Assembly (NCBI GenBank): GCA_050251875.1
Contig: JBFWMA010000011.1
Location: 1 to 64,000 of the forward strand
Reading direction: 5' to 3'
Length of the DNA stretch: 64,000 nucleotides
From: Deferribacterales bacterium
GTDB lineage: Bacteria; Chrysiogenota; Deferribacteres; Deferribacterales; Geovibrionaceae
The position numbers were made by a program, and so were the translations under genes. A model generated the notes under the pieces. It ran no database searches. It was not told the DNA's origin and was given only the letters and a program-made list of their open reading frames with translations. Shown piece by piece: positions 60,401 to 64,000 of the stretch (the stretch's first letter is position 1; each line of letters begins with the position of its first letter).

Positions 60401-61330
60401 CTAGCCGTCAGCATTTATCTTTGTGATTATCTCTTTCAGTTTTTCTTCCCAGATGTCGTTGCCGACCTGACATGTACCGGCGTTCATATGCCCGCCGCCG
60501 CCGTATTTCAGCATCAGCTCGCCTATGTTTGTTTTTGATGTTTTATTGAAGATGGATTTCCCGGTGGCAAAAACTGTGTTCTGTTGTTTCAGACCCCACA
60601 TAACATGAATGGAGATATTCTGCTCCGGAAACATGGCATATATCATGAATCTGTTGCCGGCGTATATTATCTCTTCGTTTCTGAGATCAAGCACGACAAG
60701 ATTTCCGTATATTTTGCTGCATCTTTTAATCTGCTCTTTAAAAAGCTCCTGCTGTTCGAAATAGAGTTTGGAGCGCTCCACCACGTCTTCGTCCTTCATT
60801 ATGTCGTCAATGGAGTGATCTTTGCACAGATCAATGAGCTTCATCATCAGCTGATAGTTTGATATCCTGAAATCACGGAAACGTCCCAGCCCTGTTCTGG
60901 CGTCCATCAGAAAGTTCATCAGATCCCATCCTTCGGGATCAAGCACCTGCTCTTTGGTAAAGTTAGCTGAATCGCCCCTGTCCACGGCTTCCATGATATC
61001 ATCGCCGATCTTCGGAAAGGCTTTTTTCCCGCCGTAATAGTTATATACCACACGGGCGGCGGAAGGCGCCTCGGACTCGATGATGTGATTCTCTTTCTTG
61101 CCCACTCTGATGGTTTCGGAAAGGTGGTGATCGAAGGCTATATGAACACCTTCCACATATGGCAGGTTGGTTGTGATGTCGTTCTCTGTGATCTCCACCA
61201 GCCCGTCCTGCATATCTTTCGGGTGTACAAATTTGATTTCGTCTATAATATCCAGATCTTTTAAAAGCACGGCGCACACAAGCCCGTCAAAGTCGCTTCT
61301 GGTAACCAGTCTGAATTTTTTGTCAGCCAC
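60401..61330 (-). CDS. DHH/DHHA1 phosphodiesterase, PggH-like
   Basis: RLVTRSDFDGLVCA, FVHPKDMQDG, FDHH, GGGGHMNAGTCQ. Confidence 0.85.
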   Translation of the reverse strand: MADKKFRLVTRSDFDGLVCAVLLKDLDIIDEIKFVHPKDMQDGLVEITENDITTNLPYVEGVHIAFDHHLSETIRVGKKENHIIESEAPSAARVVYNYYGGKKAFPKIGDDIMEAVDRGDSANFTKEQVLDPEGWDLMNFLMDARTGLGRFRDFRISNYQLMMKLIDLCKDHSIDDIMKDEDVVERSKLYFEQQELFKEQIKRCSKIYGNLVVLDLRNEEIIYAGNRFMIYAMFPEQNISIHVMWGLKQQNTVFATGKSIFNKTSKTNIGELMLKYGGGGHMNAGTCQVGNDIWEEKLKEIITKINADG

Positions 61331-61913
61331 GTTGGAATCCTCCCATATTAATACTCTTTATGTCTGCTTCTGTATTAATATTTATAAACGATTTTTTCTC
61401 ATTTTCCGAGCTTAAAATTTGACTCTCGTCTAAATAAACGACTTTCGCCCTGTCAAAACTCTTCATCAGGCTGAAGTCTCCTCTGCTTACGGCATCCTCA
61501 AAAACAGGGACCATGCCCACATTATAACACGCGTAAAGCGGGTGATGCTTGCCAAATATAACGGGCACGACAGCGTCAGCATCTGCGATATACCCCCACA
61601 GCTTCTCCGCATGGCTATAAAGCACAAAAGGAGTATCCGCCGCAATAACGAACACCGGAGCGTTAAAAGCCTTCAGAACGGATAATATGCCCACCATAGG
61701 GCATTGCTGTTCATAAATATCCCGCACGCACTCTATGCCCAGAAATGAATATTTAGAGCAGTCCTTCGCCACAACGGCGAGCCTCTTCACCCTGCCCCTG
61801 AACGTATCAGCCGGATATTCTATCAGCCTGCGCCCGTCCAGAATCTCCAGCGTTTTATCCCTGTTGAAACGCCTGCTCTGTCCGCCCGCCATGATCGCTG
61901 TGTTTTCTACCAT
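61323..61913 (-). CDS. mobA: Molybdenum cofactor guanylyltransferase
   Basis: MAGGQSRRF..DK, ADTPF, HPL.A.Y, FININT. Confidence 0.9.
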   Translation of the reverse strand: MVENTAIMAGGQSRRFNRDKTLEILDGRRLIEYPADTFRGRVKRLAVVAKDCSKYSFLGIECVRDIYEQQCPMVGILSVLKAFNAPVFVIAADTPFVLYSHAEKLWGYIADADAVVPVIFGKHHPLYACYNVGMVPVFEDAVSRGDFSLMKSFDRAKVVYLDESQILSSENEKKSFININTEADIKSINMGGFQRG

Positions 61914-61973
61914 TTGACAACCCGTCTTTTTTTCTCTATTTTACACATAAATTTGGAAATGTCAGGAGCATTT

Positions 61974-62483
61974 ATGAAACCTCTGGTAACTTTTGTCGGC
62001 ACATCAGGATGCGGCAAAACCACACTGATCGAAAAAGTGATACCGCTCATCACGGCGAAAGGATACAACGTTTGCACCATAAAGCATGACGCTCACGATT
62101 TTCAGATGGACAAAGAGGGCAAGGACACATGGCGGCATAAAAAAGCGGGCGCCAGAGCCATACTCATTTCCAACAAACACCAATACGCCATGATATGCGA
62201 TTCAGAAAGGGAAAAAACCGTGGACGAACTGACGTCTCTTCTTCCGGAATATACTGATGTCATTATAGCCGAAGGGTTTAAAAAAGAGCTTCAGAAAAAG
62301 ATAGAGGTTTTCAGAAAAGGCTTTTCCACAGATCTTCAGTGCGCAGAAGACCCCAACCTTCTGGCGGTTGCCACCGATATGCCGGATAACCCCCAGCTTT
62401 CGGGAAGAATCACTCTAGATCTGAACGATCCACAGCAGATAGCTGATTTTATAACGGATAAAATAATAAAGGCGGCCACTTAG
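61974..62483 (+). CDS. mobB: Molybdopterin-guanine dinucleotide biosynthesis protein B
   Basis: GTSGCGKTTL, IKHDAHDF..D..GKDTWRH, EGFK; AGGAG SD before ATG 61974. Confidence 0.93.
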   Translation: MKPLVTFVGTSGCGKTTLIEKVIPLITAKGYNVCTIKHDAHDFQMDKEGKDTWRHKKAGARAILISNKHQYAMICDSEREKTVDELTSLLPEYTDVIIAEGFKKELQKKIEVFRKGFSTDLQCAEDPNLLAVATDMPDNPQLSGRITLDLNDPQQIADFITDKIIKAAT

Positions 62484-62515
62484 GACCGCCTTTTTTAATG
62501 GCATGAAATCTTATA

Positions 62516-63715
62516 TTATTTCACTGTGCATTTGCCAGCGTTGCAGCTTACATATGCGTCAAGGAAATAAAATCTTTCGAAGTTAGGAGCTTTACACTCT
62601 TTCACGAAGTCATAAGTTTCCATAGCTCTACCGCCGGAAGCGCAATGGAATACTACGAAACCTGTTTTAGGAAGCTGTGAAAGGAAAGCATCGCAACCTT
62701 TTGCTGTCTCTTTAGAAGAGATGTTGATAGAACCGGCGAAAGCACCGTCAGCTACTTCGTTAGCGTTACGAACGTCAACGATAGCAACATCAGCGGGTCT
62801 TTTAGCGGCGTCAGCAAGAGTGCTTACGAAGTACTCTGTTTTGATGATTCCGGGTTCGTCACCGATAGGAAGTCCGCCAGCGGCAGCGGGAGCTGCTGCT
62901 TTAGGAGCTTCTACTGCTTCTCCGCCTTTAGCTGTGGGGAAGCCGGCCTGTGCCCACTCGGGAAGTCCGCCTGAATATGTAACTACTTTCAGGTAGCCCA
63001 TTTCATACATTTTCTCAGCTACATAGTGAGATTTCTCACATTTGTATCCGCCGCAGTAAGAGATGTAAACAGCTCCTTTGTCTGCGGGCAGGTTAGCTTT
63101 GAACTGCTCGAATTTTGTGTCGGGAATGTTGATAGAACCGGGGATTGTGCTTTTTGCGAACACTTTCTCGGGTCTGGCGTCTATGAAGACAGCTTTGTTC
63201 TTGTCGAAAGCAGCTTTAGCTGTGGAAATAGAGATATCCGCATAGCTCTTTGCTTCCCAGTCGGGCTGTCCGTCAAGATACATCTCAACATTTGTGTAAC
63301 CTTTTGACTTAAGGTATTTTGCTACGATAAGTGATTTCTCGCATTTCAGACCGCCGCAATATGTTACTATGTAAGCGTCTTTAGCAAGACCAAGTTTTTC
63401 GAACTCAGGGTAGTATTTGGGGATTTCTGTGTCGGACAGAAGCACAGCTGTGGGGATGTGAGCTTTGTCATACACTTTTGCGGGACGGGCGTCAATCAGA
63501 GTACCTCTTGATTTATCCCATACACCGTTGCCGACGATCTTTTTTACATCGTCAAAATGAATCAGTTTAACACCGGCTTCTTTAGCCAGCTCTGTCTGGC
63601 TTTTCGCCTCAACTTTTGCCGCGGGCGCTGCTGTTTTCGCAGCCTCTCCGCAACCCATAACAAAAAGGGCCGCAATAAGTGACAGTACCATAAGCAGTCT
63701 GCTCATAAAACGCAT
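62516..63715 (-). CDS. Lipoprotein with three rhodanese-like domains
   Basis: Lipobox FVMGC; IDARP..HIP..YCGGLKCEKS; IDARP..YCGGYKCEKS; VDVR..FHCASGGRA; GGAGG SD before ATG 63715. Confidence 0.88.
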   Translation of the reverse strand: MRFMSRLLMVLSLIAALFVMGCGEAAKTAAPAAKVEAKSQTELAKEAGVKLIHFDDVKKIVGNGVWDKSRGTLIDARPAKVYDKAHIPTAVLLSDTEIPKYYPEFEKLGLAKDAYIVTYCGGLKCEKSLIVAKYLKSKGYTNVEMYLDGQPDWEAKSYADISISTAKAAFDKNKAVFIDARPEKVFAKSTIPGSINIPDTKFEQFKANLPADKGAVYISYCGGYKCEKSHYVAEKMYEMGYLKVVTYSGGLPEWAQAGFPTAKGGEAVEAPKAAAPAAAGGLPIGDEPGIIKTEYFVSTLADAAKRPADVAIVDVRNANEVADGAFAGSINISSKETAKGCDAFLSQLPKTGFVVFHCASGGRAMETYDFVKECKAPNFERFYFLDAYVSCNAGKCTVK

Positions 63716-64000
63716 AACAACCTCCAAACGTTTTTAATGCTACTTGCTCAAAAAACAAACCTTGTTTGTATTTAATGATGCCAATATATAAATAATCAAA
63801 TATATACTTATTTATACATAGCAATTCATTTATATTTACTATATTTATCAAATAATTGCAAAGTAGAAATTATCTAACATCTTTCAAACTACTGTTCTGA
63901 TTATACACGATAGCCACATATTTTCAATGTAAATCGGAGAAAAATTTGAATTATGGACAAAAAAAAAGGACAGCCTAAGCTGTCCTTTTTATATAGATAT

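Noticed and set aside
62516..63715. Selenocysteine recoding in rhodanese/DsrE genes
   Set aside because: No in-frame TGA at active-site positions; Cys codons are used

Overview
Bacterial chromosomal window; gene content (Geobacter-type citrate synthase, SuSy/SPS-SPP/PfkB cluster, anaerobic cbi genes, Moco genes) suggests a Deferribacterota-like anaerobe (inference). The first ~2.5 kb is the AT-richer edge of an integrated element (partial ORF, three 16-bp direct repeats, xis, tyrosine integrase, arm-type repeats) abutting the 3' end of a tRNA-Leu whose anticodon is AAG, rare in bacteria. The rest is mostly core genome: thrS-infC-rpmI-rplT-pheST; a liv-type ABC operon followed by an 8-unit REP-like tandem array; moaE; gltA; a divergent cobalamin cluster (cbiA-cbiL-cbiC-rmuC / cbiR-cobU-cobT-cobS-cobD-cobQ-cbiB-sirC); ftsEX-envC-ctpA-yibQ-tsaD-dusB; tex; two tandem MCPs; sulfur-transfer proteins; a sucrose operon; ZTP riboswitch-glyA; two orphan Cys-rich PAS kinases; a PggH-like phosphodiesterase; mobAB; and a triple-rhodanese lipoprotein. 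Best leads: tRNA-Leu(AAG) (implies a relaxed-specificity TadA), C-x8-C-x5-C-x2-C PAS kinases, the CbiR remodelling operon with a non-canonical cobS start, a GGA-hairpin (CsrA-like) element between cbiA and cbiL, and a candidate sRNA upstream of moaE. All family assignments are by eye; no searches were run.
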